Assembly: GCF_006345805.1 (NCBI RefSeq) | Contig: NW_021834903.1 | Coordinates: forward strand, 1-44,008 | Length of the DNA: 44,008 nucleotides | Direction of reading: 5' to 3' | From: Octopus sinensis | Taxonomy: Eukaryota | In this document: positions 25,700 through 37,213 of the stretch, piece by piece | How positions within the stretch are numbered: the stretch's first letter is position 1 | How the letters are laid out: the number at the start of each line of letters is the position of its first letter | The notes under the pieces: model-generated | Told to the model about the DNA's origin: nothing | The model's input: the letters and a program-made list of their open reading frames with translations, nothing else | The model's database searches: none | Position numbers and translations under genes: made by a program

Positions 25700-26048
25700 T
25701 GCTGGAGCACCGACTTTGGTCGAGCAAATCGACCCCAGGACTTATTCTTTGTAAGCCTAGTACTTATTCTATCGGTCTCAACACACGTGGACATGCCTAC
25801 AAAGTCAGAAAACAGCACAGCTCCCATGACTTTCGGAAACATTTTTTCACGCTCAGGGTTGCTGAAGCGTGGAATAAACTGCCTGCATCAGTTGTTGACT
25901 GCCATGACACTGCATCCTTTAAGGCCCTCATGCTTCCCGAAATCCGTCGAAACTACACCTGATTATATATACACTTAGATGAGTTGTAGTGCACCTGAGC
26001 ACTGTACACAATTATTATTATTATTATTATTATTATTATTTAAACACA

Positions 26049-26101
<53 letters not shown>

Positions 26102-26271
26102 ATATATATATATATTATATATATATATATAAACGACGGGCTTCTTCAGTTTCCGTCTACCAAATCCACTCACAAGACTATAGTAGAAGATACTTGCCCA
26201 AGGTGCCATGCAGTGGGATAGAACCCGGAACCATGTGGTTCGTAAGCAAGCTACTTACCACACAGCCACTC
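25700..26271 (-). mobile_element. tRNA-derived SINE interrupted by a CR1 3' end
   Basis: Head 26133-26271 has A-box TGGCTGTGTGG and B-box GGTTCTATCCC on the minus strand. Tail part at 25700-25779, with a central (CA)/(TA) tract. Confidence 0.8.
25780..26041 (+). mobile_element. Short CR1 family-B 3' end with (TTA)n tail nested in the SINE
   Basis: Nearly identical to the reverse complement of 12620-12900 (NTRGHAYKVRKQHSSHDFRKHFF). Confidence 0.92.
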
Positions 26272-26414
26272 ATATATATACACATACACACGACTGGTTT
26301 TATTCATTATCCAGGAGGGTGGACTGCTAAAAAATGCAGTCAAATCTGGATATGCTAGAAACAGCAGTCAAATCTCTTATATGGAAATCTTCATGTGTGA
26401 GTGTGAGTGTGTGC

Positions 26415-26586
26415 TAGTCACCCACCCCCACATTCGCTTGGAAACCGATGTCGGTGTGTTTATGTCGACGAAGCTGAGCGCCTTGGCAAAAAGTGACCGA
26501 TGGAATAAGTACTAGGCTTACAAGGAATAAGTCCTGGGATCGATTTGTTTCGACTAAAGGCGGTGCTCCAGCATAGCCGCAGTCAA
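26415..26586 (+). mobile_element. SINE 3' half
   Basis: GAATAAGTACTAGGCTTACAAGGAATAAGTCCTGGGATCGATTTG...GGCGGTGCTCCAGCAT is the reverse complement of 25700-25779. Confidence 0.8.
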
Positions 26587-26627
26587 CATGTGGGAAAAAA
26601 GTCAAAACTGAAGAAGTTGGGGGGAAA

Positions 26628-26877
26628 GGCGGGGACAAAGTTTCACAATTCCGATTTTTGGCAATTTTCCGAAAACGGGGATTTTTGGCAGACACAAAAA
26701 AGGAATTACAAATTAATTTACACCGAGGAAATACGGAACTATGGCGGCTGAAAATTGGTGTCTGACTTTTCGCAAAGCATTGTGGGATTGTCGTCTGTAT
26801 GATTTCAATGGCGCGAGATTCAGTTTTTTATTGAAATTTTTATTGAATATTGGTCCTGCATAGTGAAAGAAGTAAGA
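26628..26877 (+). promoter_or_regulatory. Candidate promoter block 2 (GC box, CGGAA, YY1-like ATGGCGG, Staf motif) with a possible first exon ending at donor 26872
   Basis: GGCGGGG at 26628, ATGGCGGC at 26741, Staf motif 26771-26794, CAATGGCG ~26806, GTAAGA at 26872. Locally CpG-enriched. Confidence 0.55.
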
Positions 26878-27223
26878 AAGAAATTATTATTAGACTGGAG
26901 AATGATACTCCACATCCCCATTAAGGACTTTTTCGTTTTCAATGTACTCGAGTGTTGTTGTTTCTGTTATTGTTGTGATGTGTGGTTGCATGTTCGAAAT
27001 GTAATTAGATAAGTTGTCAACAGACATTCTAACTGATTTGTCAGTCGAGAAGCATACAATCTCTCTATTTTTTAATTTGTTATGGCCTTCTTAGTTTTGG
27101 TGTCAAGATCACGGGTCTTATTTTTTGTTCGTTTTTGTTTATGCCTTTGGGTGTAATTAGAGAAAGCTGACAGGAGTTTGGATTTAGTAAGGGTAAACTT
27201 TGCTGCACTGGAACGAAAACAAT

Positions 27224-27364
27224 TGCAGCATGGAAGGTGTTTATAAGCCATTTAAGAAACACACAAAAACCGTTAGATTCACTTTAATATTTAAATTTAA
27301 TTTGTCAAAATATTTTCGTTGTTTTGAGACTGCGACTTCTTCACTGACAAAATTCCATGCTGCA
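27224..27364. mobile_element. 141-bp element with 12-bp inverted ends and a degenerate hammerhead-like fold (possible solo Penelope pLTR fragment or MITE)
   Basis: TGCAGCATGGAA...TTCCATGCTGCA. Minus strand reads TTTGTCA-GTGAAGA-AGTCGC...ACAAC-GAAA-ATATTT-TGACAAA. Confidence 0.4.
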
Positions 27365-27608
27365 TCTGAGAAAGTAACAGTTAGTTCATGATATATATGT
27401 ACGTACGTACGTATGTATGTATATGTGTACATGTATGTGCGCATGCCTATACGCATGTATGTATGTACTTATGAGTATTTAGGAGAAATAGACGTGTCTC
27501 TGTGTGTATATGTGTATGTACTTGCGAACGTATGTTTATGTAATATGTGTCAGTTCAATTTGTATACTTGACTGTTACCTTGCCACTCGCTATGCAAGTA
27601 CATCTCTT

Positions 27609-27643
<35 letters not shown>

Positions 27644-27644
27644 T

Positions 27645-27680
<36 letters not shown>

Positions 27681-27753
27681 ATATATATAAAAGGAAATGA
27701 AGAAAATGCTGACAAATAATTGAAGTAATTTAAGTAATTTAATTAGGTGAAAG

Positions 27754-27803
27754 TTCTTTTTACCGGTTGCGCATTTGTTATGCTTATCAAAATATAAAAG
27801 AGA
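27754..27803 (-). ncRNA. Variant hammerhead-like motif in the pLTR (second copy at 29681-29730, + strand)
   Basis: UUGAUAA-GCAU AACAA AUGC-GCAA-CCGG-UA-AAAAGA, with U3/A8 covariation, a 4-bp stem II, palindromic stem III and GUA triplet. A13 is replaced by C. Confidence 0.5.
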
Positions 27804-28558
27804 GATTAGAGTTCCTTTCTTATAGAATTTTTCCTCTTATCTGACTTTATGTTGGGTTTGCTGTCTCTTATATGTGAAAAAAAGAGGCTCCAGAGTTGTT
27901 TTGGATTTGCTTGGTTTCGCGCCTAAAATTTTGATTGGTCATTATGAAGGGGTCACGTGAATGTTTGAATGGAAGTTGGTGTTGGGGTAAGAAAAAAGGC
28001 TCCAGAGAAGTTAAAATTTGGCTAGTGTCCCGCCTAAAATTTCTTATTGGCCATAATAAAGAGGTCACGTGAATGTTTAGAATTTTCGAAAATAGTGTTG
28101 TTGAAAATTCTTATTGTTCAGGCTGGTCAGTAGACGTCATGTGGATATTTTAAATAGCTTTTTAGCGCGTAGTTAGGGAGTGTATTTTCCGCTTGACTGG
28201 ATAAGTAAGTTCGTTTAGAACAGGGAGAGCTGTATGCATGTATGTGTGTGCGCGCGCGCGCGCGTGTGTGTGTTATATGTATGTTGGGGCGCGCGCGCGT
28301 GTATATATGTGTGCGTGTGTGGGTACAATTTTCAATATTTATAGTTCTGCTGGCCTTGTGCCTGTATCGGGAAGCAACGTATTTGTGTGAAGTCAATATT
28401 TACAGCCATTTCCAAAAAATAGTGTTGGATGTTTTGCACCCGTATTCAATTATGTGTATGTGTGGAACCATATATTTGTGTGTGTCATGGTGTTAATATC
28501 TGGGTAAAGGTGTGTGTAGGGTGTGTGCAGGTGTAAGTGTGTTTGTTGTGGGTTCGTG

Positions 28559-29365
28559 TTAGGGGCATGTGTTTAGAAGTGGTCTGTATTTATTAATAAG
28601 GTGGGATTCCATGGTTATTCGCTGGGTATGAGTGGCATTGTCTTTAAATTTGTAGAGGGGAAAGATTCTAAAATTGGGATGGAGTTGTGCGGCACAGGTA
28701 TCAATATGTGCACTAAATGCTATTTTTCTATATTCCTGTATTTTTATTTGGGATCTGTGGACAGTCATGCGTTGGCGGAGGCTATTTTTTGTTTGGCCTA
28801 TGTAGTGTTCATTACAGCCCGAGCAAGTTAAGACATATACTAGGTTTTCTGATGCGCATGTGAAGTTGTGTTTTACTGTGAAACGTTGTCCTTGTTTAAA
28901 AAGGAATCCGGACCTTCTATTAGGTTGATGCATATACCACAGTTGGGTCTATTGCATTTGTTTACTGTGGGTTTAGTTGTTGTGGTTGGCAGTACTTTGG
29001 CATTTGTTAGGATGGTTTTCAATGATTTGGGTTGCCTTTTGCTCTTATGATTTCGTGTGTTAGGAGGATTTGGTTCATTCTATGGTCCTTTTGTAATACA
29101 GGAATGTTCTGGAGGATGGTGTCAAAAGCTTCATTGTTGAGGGGGTTGTGTGTAGAGATGTATGGTAGAGTATGGGGTTTCGATGTAACAGGTTTAGGGC
29201 GTCTAAGTTCCTGCGTGCTGAGTTTTAGGGCGCGTTGGATCCCATTGTCAATTAGTGACGTGGGGTAATCCCTGCTTGTTAATGTGCCCTTGAGTTCTTG
29301 TAGACGTAAGAGACGGGTGTTTTTATTGGAGACTATAGTGCAAATTCTCTTGGCTAAGTTGTAGG
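28559..29365 (-). pseudogene. RT-thumb/linker + GIY-YIG endonuclease fragment
   Basis: ORFs 29019-29438 (partial) and 28559-28933, linked by frameshifts. Confidence 0.85.
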
Positions 29366-29842
29366 GAACAATAAGAATTTTCAACAACACTATTTTCGAA
29401 AATTCTAAACATTCACGTGACCTCTTTATTATGGCCAATAAGAAATTTTAGGCGGGACACTAGCCAATTTTAACTTCTCTGGAGCCTTTTTTCTTACCCC
29501 AACACCAACTTCCATTCAAACATTCACGTGACCCCTTCATAATGACCAATCAAAATTTTAGGCGCGAAACCAAGCAAATCCAAAACAACTCTGGAGCCTC
29601 TTTTTTTCACATATAAGAGACAGCAAACCCAACATAAAGTCAGATAAGAGGAAAAATTCTATAAGAAAGGAACTCTAATCTCTCTTTTATATTTTGATAA
29701 GCATAACAAATGCGCAACCGGTAAAAAGAACTTTCACCTAATTAAATTACTTAAATTACTTCAATTATTTGTCAGCATTTTCTTCATTTCCTTTTTATAT
29801 ATCACCACTCGTGTTCGACATCTCCTTTTTTTAAATATATAT

Positions 29843-29931
<89 letters not shown>

Positions 29932-31414
29932 CAGATTGTAACATAGATAAATATATAGACAGAAATAGATAGAGTCAGAAGAATAGACATACCAACTACC
30001 AAACACCTAGAAAGATAGACTGCTTGATAGCTCGATAGATATATAGATAAATAGATAGATGCTTATGTTTTTTTATTGCTAGTCATCACTCATTTTGTCC
30101 ATTTTATGTTTCTCACCTGTACTGCCCTTTGTAAAGAATTAGCAAACTGAGCTGTTTTGCAATAAAGGCTTGAATGGATTGAGAGCCATATGATAAACTG
30201 GTGAAGGAAGCATGGATTTAAACTCTGCCTTATTAGTTGCTCATTGGTGAAATAGCATAAAAAATATTGTTTATGGTTAAGATTTCTTAATTAATATCAG
30301 TTTCTATATTAGTGTATGCATCTTTAGTGAAATGATGATGAACTCTCTTACAATATGACTATGTGAATTGCTGAAATTATGGTATATTGTAAATTTCACG
30401 AATATTTGAATGACAGGAAAGCTATCCTGTTTCCTAACATGCAGATTTATTTTTCCCAAGTCATTTGATTAATTGGTCATGTTTGTAAAACAGGGGAATG
30501 CCTCAAATTTTAGAGGAAGTGGTTAATTGATTAAATTGATCTTATTACTTGACTTGCACTTTTTTTATCAACGATGAAAGGAAGAGAAACAAAGTTAGCC
30601 TCAACAGGATTTGAAACTAGAATATAAAGAGCTGGTAGAAATATTGGAAGGTATTTTGCCAGCACTCTAACAATTGTGCCTCTCCACCATCTTAAGTTTA
30701 ATAGAATAAAATCTGTGAATGAATTTTGATGAATTTCTTGTGTAGTTTTAATGAAAGTTGGTCTCACATTGCTTGCATTTATATCTTTCCTGAGACATGT
30801 AAAAGTTTCCATTTGTATAATACTTGGCTGCTTGTCACTTCAAATAAAGAGTAGTGAACTGATATTAAAGCCAAAATTTTCCTTTCGCTACTATTAGGAT
30901 GTTTTTCATTTTTACTTTCAGGGTAAAAAATGAATGATTACACTTATTGGTTTACATGCGAACTTTCGTTTATTTTATATCCTTCTATATGTTGGATATG
31001 CAAATTTCACGAAGCAGGGATAGACACAACTGTCTTCACACAACCTACTTCAGATTACTCCACTAAACACAATACTCTAATAAATAGAAACTCTGAACAA
31101 TGTCAACAACTTCCATGAACTCCCAATGACTCTCTTTGTCTCAACCAATATGCTAATTTTTTTATAAGAGTTTTGCTAGTCCATTCTTCCAATCCCATAG
31201 GGGTGCCAATGACTCTCACCACAACAGTTTATACATGTATAATTTACCAAAACAAGTATCCCCATGCGAAGCTTCACCTGTATGTAAGTACATAACTTTT
31301 TTGTTAATTTAAGTTTTCTGTTAGTTAACCATAGCTGTTTGTAAATTGAACACCTGTTCTCTGTGTATATTGAACAATTTCCATAAGATATATATGTTTG
31401 CAAATGTAAAATAT

Positions 31415-31560
31415 GTTTGTTTCCCAATGCCATGGTTTAGGATCTAGTTCTACTGTGTGGCATTTTGGGCAAGAGTCTTCGACTATAGGTAGAGATCAAC
31501 AAATGCATTTTTAGTGAAAGTGGTTGATGGGAACTATATGAAGCTTATTGCATGTGTGTG
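31415..31560 (+). mobile_element. Degenerate SINE head
   Basis: CCATGGTTTAGG...CTGTGTGGCATTTTGGGCAAGAGTCTTC resembles 41020-41065. Confidence 0.55.
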
Positions 31561-31809
31561 TATACACCATATCAATTATGTGATGCATGTTATAGGTAAC
31601 TGTTGACAAAAAGTGCAAAATACTCATTGAAAAATCAAAATAATTAGAGTAATGTCAAGAAGGGATGTGGAATGGATAGTGAAAGGTCTGGCTTGGAAGG
31701 TGTCCCACAGTATTGCAGCCTGTGCCTATGTGTCATCTTGCTACTGCAAAAGAGTACAGACCATTGAATGTTTGTGAAATATTGGCATCTAAGATTATGA
31801 ACTCTTTGG

Positions 31810-32090
31810 ATTTAGTGATTACCTTGATGTCAGTGAGATTGCCATTGTCAAACAAGAGATTTGTTACCTTAGTAAGTGTCTACCCTCCAACCATGTGTTC
31901 CTCTGAAGAGAAAAAAAGACTAATATTTTATCTTTCATGAAAAAAGCTTCTGTGCAGTGTTCTTTCTGCTTATAAAATCTTCATACTTGGTGATTTGAAT
32001 GAAAGCATTTGCAGAGATAAAAAAGTTTGGGATATAATTGGGAAACATGAAGCCAGAAAATGCAATAGTAATGGCTTGTTTAGTACTGCA
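31810..32090 (+). pseudogene. RTE-type APE endonuclease relic
   Basis: LMSVRLPLSNKRFVTLVSVYPPTM, ILGDLNE, IIGKH...CNSNGL. Confidence 0.65.
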
Positions 32091-32484
32091 AATGTGTTCG
32101 ATTTTTGCATATACTGGGTAACTGTCAATCTCCTAGTGTGGAGCATGCTGTATTTGAGCACCAAATATGTGGGAGTATTTATGTGATCAAGATGAAAGGC
32201 AATTAGGTCTCTCATTAATTTCTGTTTGGTGAGTTGGCCCTGAGGAAAAATCTAGGAACAAATTGAAATTAAGGCATGAATGCATTAGAGACACTTAGAG
32301 GATCTAGATCAAATTAGAGAAAGTGAAAACATCACAAAGTTTTTGATGGAAGAAATTGGTTCATGTTGGAATGAGTGAATTTGAATGAATGTCAATAAAA
32401 TCTTAGTGTGCATGAAAAGCTTGAGAGAGATTTTTGAAAAGGTCTTAATATTAATGTTTCCATTGTGTTTTGCTTCAAAAACTA

Positions 32485-33694
32485 CATAGACATGACAGAA
32501 TTAAATAGACATCCTTATAATTGTTAAAATTTATTTAAGTTATTTATTATTATTATAATGTGAATATCTAATATTTAGTAGACAGGCTCCTTGCATTTTT
32601 GAATGCAAGGACCCTAGCAGGCATGCTACTGATCTGATGAATATTCTCTTCATGATTTTCTTGCCAAGTTTCTTGCAGTAATATCAAAAGATCTGGCTTT
32701 AAGGATGCTTTCTTTTTCTTTTTAGGAAGTATCCCATCCATCATGCCTCAGAGTGTTCAGTAGGGTTCATATCTGGTGATTGGCTTAGCTATGGAAGCTT
32801 TTTAATGCCATTCTCTTCCAACCAATCCTGGGTCTTTTAGTAGTTGTGCAAGAAAGCCCTATCTTCCATAAATAGTGTTATTTAATCATTTTACCCCTGG
32901 AGGTTATAGGAAGAAGATTTTTCTATAATATGGACACATTTATCTGAGTTTATGTATCCCTCACATTCCACCATTTCTGATTGACTATTGCTCCAAACTG
33001 CTCTCCAGACCATCACATGTTTCATTGTTGGCTGCAATATATTCACGTGAAAATATTGGTGACTGATTCTCCAGACCCACATTCGACCAGTGTCAGAAAA
33101 TACAGCAAATCTGGATTCATCAGAGAATTTGACAGTGTCCCAAAGTGCTAGTGACCTCTCTACCATTTCACTTGTCCAATCTTTTCTCCATTTGATATTG
33201 GCTGGTCGAAGCAGTGTCTTCTTTCTTGCTGCTCTGCCATAATAGCCAATTTTGCAGAGATAACTGACAGCTATTCTGGGATTGACATCAACTTATTCTG
33301 CTATATTGGAGGCCTTGCAATGAGGATTATCTTACACACTTCTCTTAAGAAAGCAAAGTGTTCTGTCAGAGGGCCTTAGTCTACCTGGGTAAGGTGATAT
33401 GGACTACTTTCCCGTTTAGTGAATTGAAAAATTACTCTATTTACTGTAGAAAGTGGAATCACAATGTTTTCTGTGGTTTTAGGCTAAGTCAGCCTTGAAA
33501 TAGGCGCAGCATATGGCCTCTTTGTAAATTGGACATTTTTAAGGCTTCTTTTGTACATGGCATGATTAAACAGTTACATATAGAACCTGAAACATATAAA
33601 TGTCAATTAATAAAAAAAATATAAACCTCTTCAAGTTATAATAACCATAAAACAATGTGTTAATGGGTATCTATTTACTTTTGTCATGTTTGTG
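32485..33694 (-). mobile_element. Degenerate Tc1-like DNA transposon with TIRs and TA target duplication
   Basis: TA|CATAGACATGACAGAATTAAATAGAC versus reverse complement TA|CACAAACATGACAAAAGTAAATAGAT. Transposase relic WDTVKFSDESRF, VMVW, FMEDRA, SPDMNPTE. Confidence 0.85.
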
Positions 33695-34429
33695 TACAAA
33701 TGTATCATTTGTTAGAACTGCACTTTGAAAGAAAAAAGAAAACCTTTAGTAGAAAATTAGCATTAGCTACGACAACGTTACCCAACTATTAAATCTTATA
33801 TTTTCAAACTCATGCTAGGATGGAAAAATGAACGTAGGTATGAGACTTATTTTTACACATGTATTGATGCATATAAAACATGAAATTATGTTGTCTACAT
33901 ACTTAATACTTGCAATTAATTCATTGTAAGAACATAGAATTTTGACAGGTTTTCTTGAGTTGTTGCTCATCTACAATAATCTGATAAGTTTGAGGTTATT
34001 GTTGGTTGCATAAGATTGTCATTGAATTTTCTCTCGACAGAAATATCTAATCATTTTATCCATACTAGCATGGGTTGTGTGTGTCATGTTGATATCTGTT
34101 TCAGTTTAATTCCCTCTGCAATAGTTTCTTTTTTTGTGTTTATGCAATATTGTACTTTCATAAAATACAGTCGTCTCTTGCCTTACACAGTATTCTGTTT
34201 CTTAGTTTCACTTTAGCACAATTTTACTCATTTTCCTCTATTTGTTTCTTTTTGTTTTTGTTTTTACAAATATAGAAGTAGTAATTGCTTCAGTTTCTCA
34301 TTATATTCTGTTAAATATTTTGAATTTGAAATATTAAAATTGATTTCACTGGAAATGAAAATTCAATGTATAAAATTAACTTTAAACTAGATGTTCAGCA
34401 TAAAATGCAAAAGTTTTACAAAAAGAATT

Positions 34430-34760
34430 GTCATCATCATTTAATGTCCATTATCTATGCTGGCTTGGGTTGGACAGTTTCATCAGAGCTGGTAAGCTGA
34501 GGGTCTGCAGCAGACTCAGTCTGATTTGTCATTGTTTCTATGGCTGGATGCCCTTCTTAACATCAAGCACTCCATGAGTGTTGTGGGCAGGGGTTGTGAA
34601 AAAATTAATTGATGGGAAATTAATTACAATATATTGTCTTCTAAGGCACGGCATGTCATGAAAGGTGTCGGTCATTAGTCATTGCCTTTATAAGTTTCAA
34701 CAGTCAAAGATCATGCATTACCACCTTGTCCAATGCCTTCTTATGTCTGCTTCTTCTGCC
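34430..34760 (-). mobile_element. Old RTE-related 3' tail fragment
   Basis: (CAT)n...GGGTTGGACAG...GGCTGGATGCCCTTC is similar to the reverse complement of 19090-19245. Confidence 0.6.
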
Positions 34761-35327
34761 ATGTAGCATAGTTGTCTGCACAGGTATAATAAATCTGGCT
34801 TTCACTCTGAAGAGAGACCCTTAGTTACCAAACAGAGGAAGGAGCTCTCTGAATTTGCTCAGCCTATTTTTATTCTTGCAGCCACACACATCCACCTCTG
34901 CTACTGACTTTGTTGCTCAACAATCTTTATCGTACTCCTCTGGTATTTGATGAAGCCCATTTTCTGTACACTTTTAGTGTTTACTGTACATGTGCACCTT
35001 CCACATATAAAATATATTTTCCCAGTTTACCTTCCTCTGATATTGCTACACCTATTATGTGTTATACAGAGTACATCTACCTACCTATTTCCTTCATATT
35101 GAGGATGGCCATGTACCTGAAGGGCTTTACGATTTATCAATTTTCCTACTTACTAAGACTTTGGGTGAGGGTTAGGTAGGTTAATTCTGTGACCTTTCAA
35201 TTCTAGACCTTGCTTCCATACGCACAATTTGTTCTCTAGTTCTGGTAGTGATTTAGCTATAAGAAGAAGCTCATTAGTAAATAAGTGTGAAAACTCTTTG
35301 CTTTCACAAACACTTTATGTACACTGA

Positions 35328-37213
35328 TTGAAGCAATGAAAAAAAATGTCCTCGGTATACATGAAACGTGAAGGAAAATATTTGGATAATGAAACGAATA
35401 ATGTATGGCTAATTGAATGTAATGTAATAAATGATAATATATGAGTGTTCAGTTGTCATCCTCTATGCCCTCCCCAATTCCTTTGAGAGAAGCAAAGAAG
35501 ACTAATAATATGTATTAAATGATTAACGAAAATAATAATTAGTGCAAGAGACCCTTAATCAATATTGACGGTGAACGATCAAGGAGCAACGTGTCAGTTG
35601 TGCATCAGGCTTTTGTGTCAGTCTTTGCGAGTCTGGCAGAGCGACAAACAGGACAATTGCTGGATGGAGGATAAATTGCATCAGGCAAGGGTCACTTTTG
35701 GAAAGCAGGGGTTTCAAGGGGTATTGGGGTATGACCACTTGTGGTAAAGGTGGGGTAAGTTGGCGTCGCTCTGTGGGTAGGTGGTGAGATGCATTTCTGG
35801 TCATGGTAATTTTGGAGTTGGGAAGTGGGCATTGGTGTTGCAGCTGCATGAGGTGCTGTTAAAGTCGGTTGAGAAGGTAGTCTCATCACTGGTGTTGGCG
35901 TAGGGAACGCAGGTGGTCCAGACACCATGAGCAGTGGGGCGTGGGAAGAAGCAGTAGATACTTCCAGAGGAATTTTGTTGCACAGTGTGACTTGGCCTGA
36001 TCCATCCACTCTCAACATGTATGGATCGAAATGATGTACATCTAAATGGCACCAGTTTTCCCCCCATTTGTAGGATTGGGTCAAACTTGGCTCTGGATTA
36101 GGACATAGTTCGAAAGAAGTGAGCATGTGTGTTTTGACAACCGTTCAGTAACACTCATGTTGTGTTTACGCAGGTCTTGTTTTCAATAAGTCATAGTTTC
36201 ATGCCATGTGGAATGTAGCTTGTACTTGCCAGGATGGATGGGAATAAGTATTGTATAGGGCTGCCAAAGATGCACATGGCTGGGGACAAGTGTGTGTCCC
36301 GGTCAGGTGTATTTCTTTATTGTAGCATTGTGCACTGGAAACTGTCAGTGTTAAGGAAGTCATTGGTGTCAGTGTTGTCTGTAACGAGGCCCTTTATTGT
36401 CTCAATACCGACTTTGGCGCGGCAGTTGTCATGGGGAAATGCAATGGTGGCGATTCTCCCCAATTGTGGAAGAAGGTACAATGTCAGCTCATAGCTGATA
36501 GGGCAGTGTTATGTACCTGTGCGCCATTCGATGCTCCTTTAAGATGGTTTTCCAGACCTGTTAGGACATACCACCATTGTCTGTCACCAAGTGATAGATG
36601 TACCAATGGGTATAGGCTTGATAACTCCAAGAGGAACATTCCGGTCGAGACCTGCTTTTACTTCCTCTTGCCAATGAACCAGGACTGGTATGGGCGTATG
36701 GTGGGCGACTGGTTTAGCATTAAGCGGATCGGTTGGTCAGACATCTTGGAGAATTGCCGATGGTGCAGACGTTGAATGTGCTGGAGCTGTACTATTGTAG
36801 CAGCAACTTCCTCAGCGACAACGTTTTTCCTCAGTGGCTGGGAATGGTAGTGTAATTGGAGGAGGGGGTTGTATTTGTTGTAGGTGGCAGGTGCATACAT
36901 TCTGTGTCATTGTTGCAGATGATCGATGAGGCTTGTCAGTACTCTCTCCCATGGATTGTTTACAGGCCAACTCATGGCACAATCAGGTGCAGGACAGGGT
37001 ACGTTGGTCATACTGACTCGCTTTTTGTCATAAATAAGTCTGACAACTGTTTGCTTTCACCAATATTTTACGCAGTCTGAAGCAATGAATAAAGGGTCTT
37101 CAGTATATCTGAAATGTGAAGGGAAAGATGATGGATAATAAAATGAATAATATATGGCGAATTGAATGTAATGTAATAAATGTAATATATGTGTGTTTAG
37201 TTGTAATCCTGTA
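35328..37213 (-). mobile_element. Internally deleted, old Gypsy-like LTR retrotransposon
   Basis: Diverged direct repeats at ~35328-35462 and ~37077-37211. Polypurine tract GGAATTGGGGAGGGCA next to the left repeat, TGGTG PBS-like start near 37063. Integrase relic [15 protein letters not shown]...LQ*RNTPDRDTHLSPAMCIFG at ~36255-36436. Confidence 0.75.

Larger units (their letters stand above)
27689..29796 (-). mobile_element. 5'-truncated Penelope-like element (Neptune-like) with inverted pseudo-LTRs
   Basis: Arms 27689-28119 and 29366-29796 are near-perfect inverted copies. Internal PYNLAKRICTIVS, LPYISTHNP, CNRPNCGIC, and GIY-YIG NLVYVLTCSGCNEHYIGQT...LRQRMTVH. Confidence 0.9.

Noticed and set aside
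26133-26271. tRNA gene
   Set aside because: A and B boxes are present but there is no cloverleaf. It continues into the SINE body and recurs many times in the window.
30060-31400. Host coding exons (for example the acceptor TTTCAG at ~30921)
   Set aside because: Only isolated splice-like signals, with no recognisable protein motif. Cannot be supported without RNA data.
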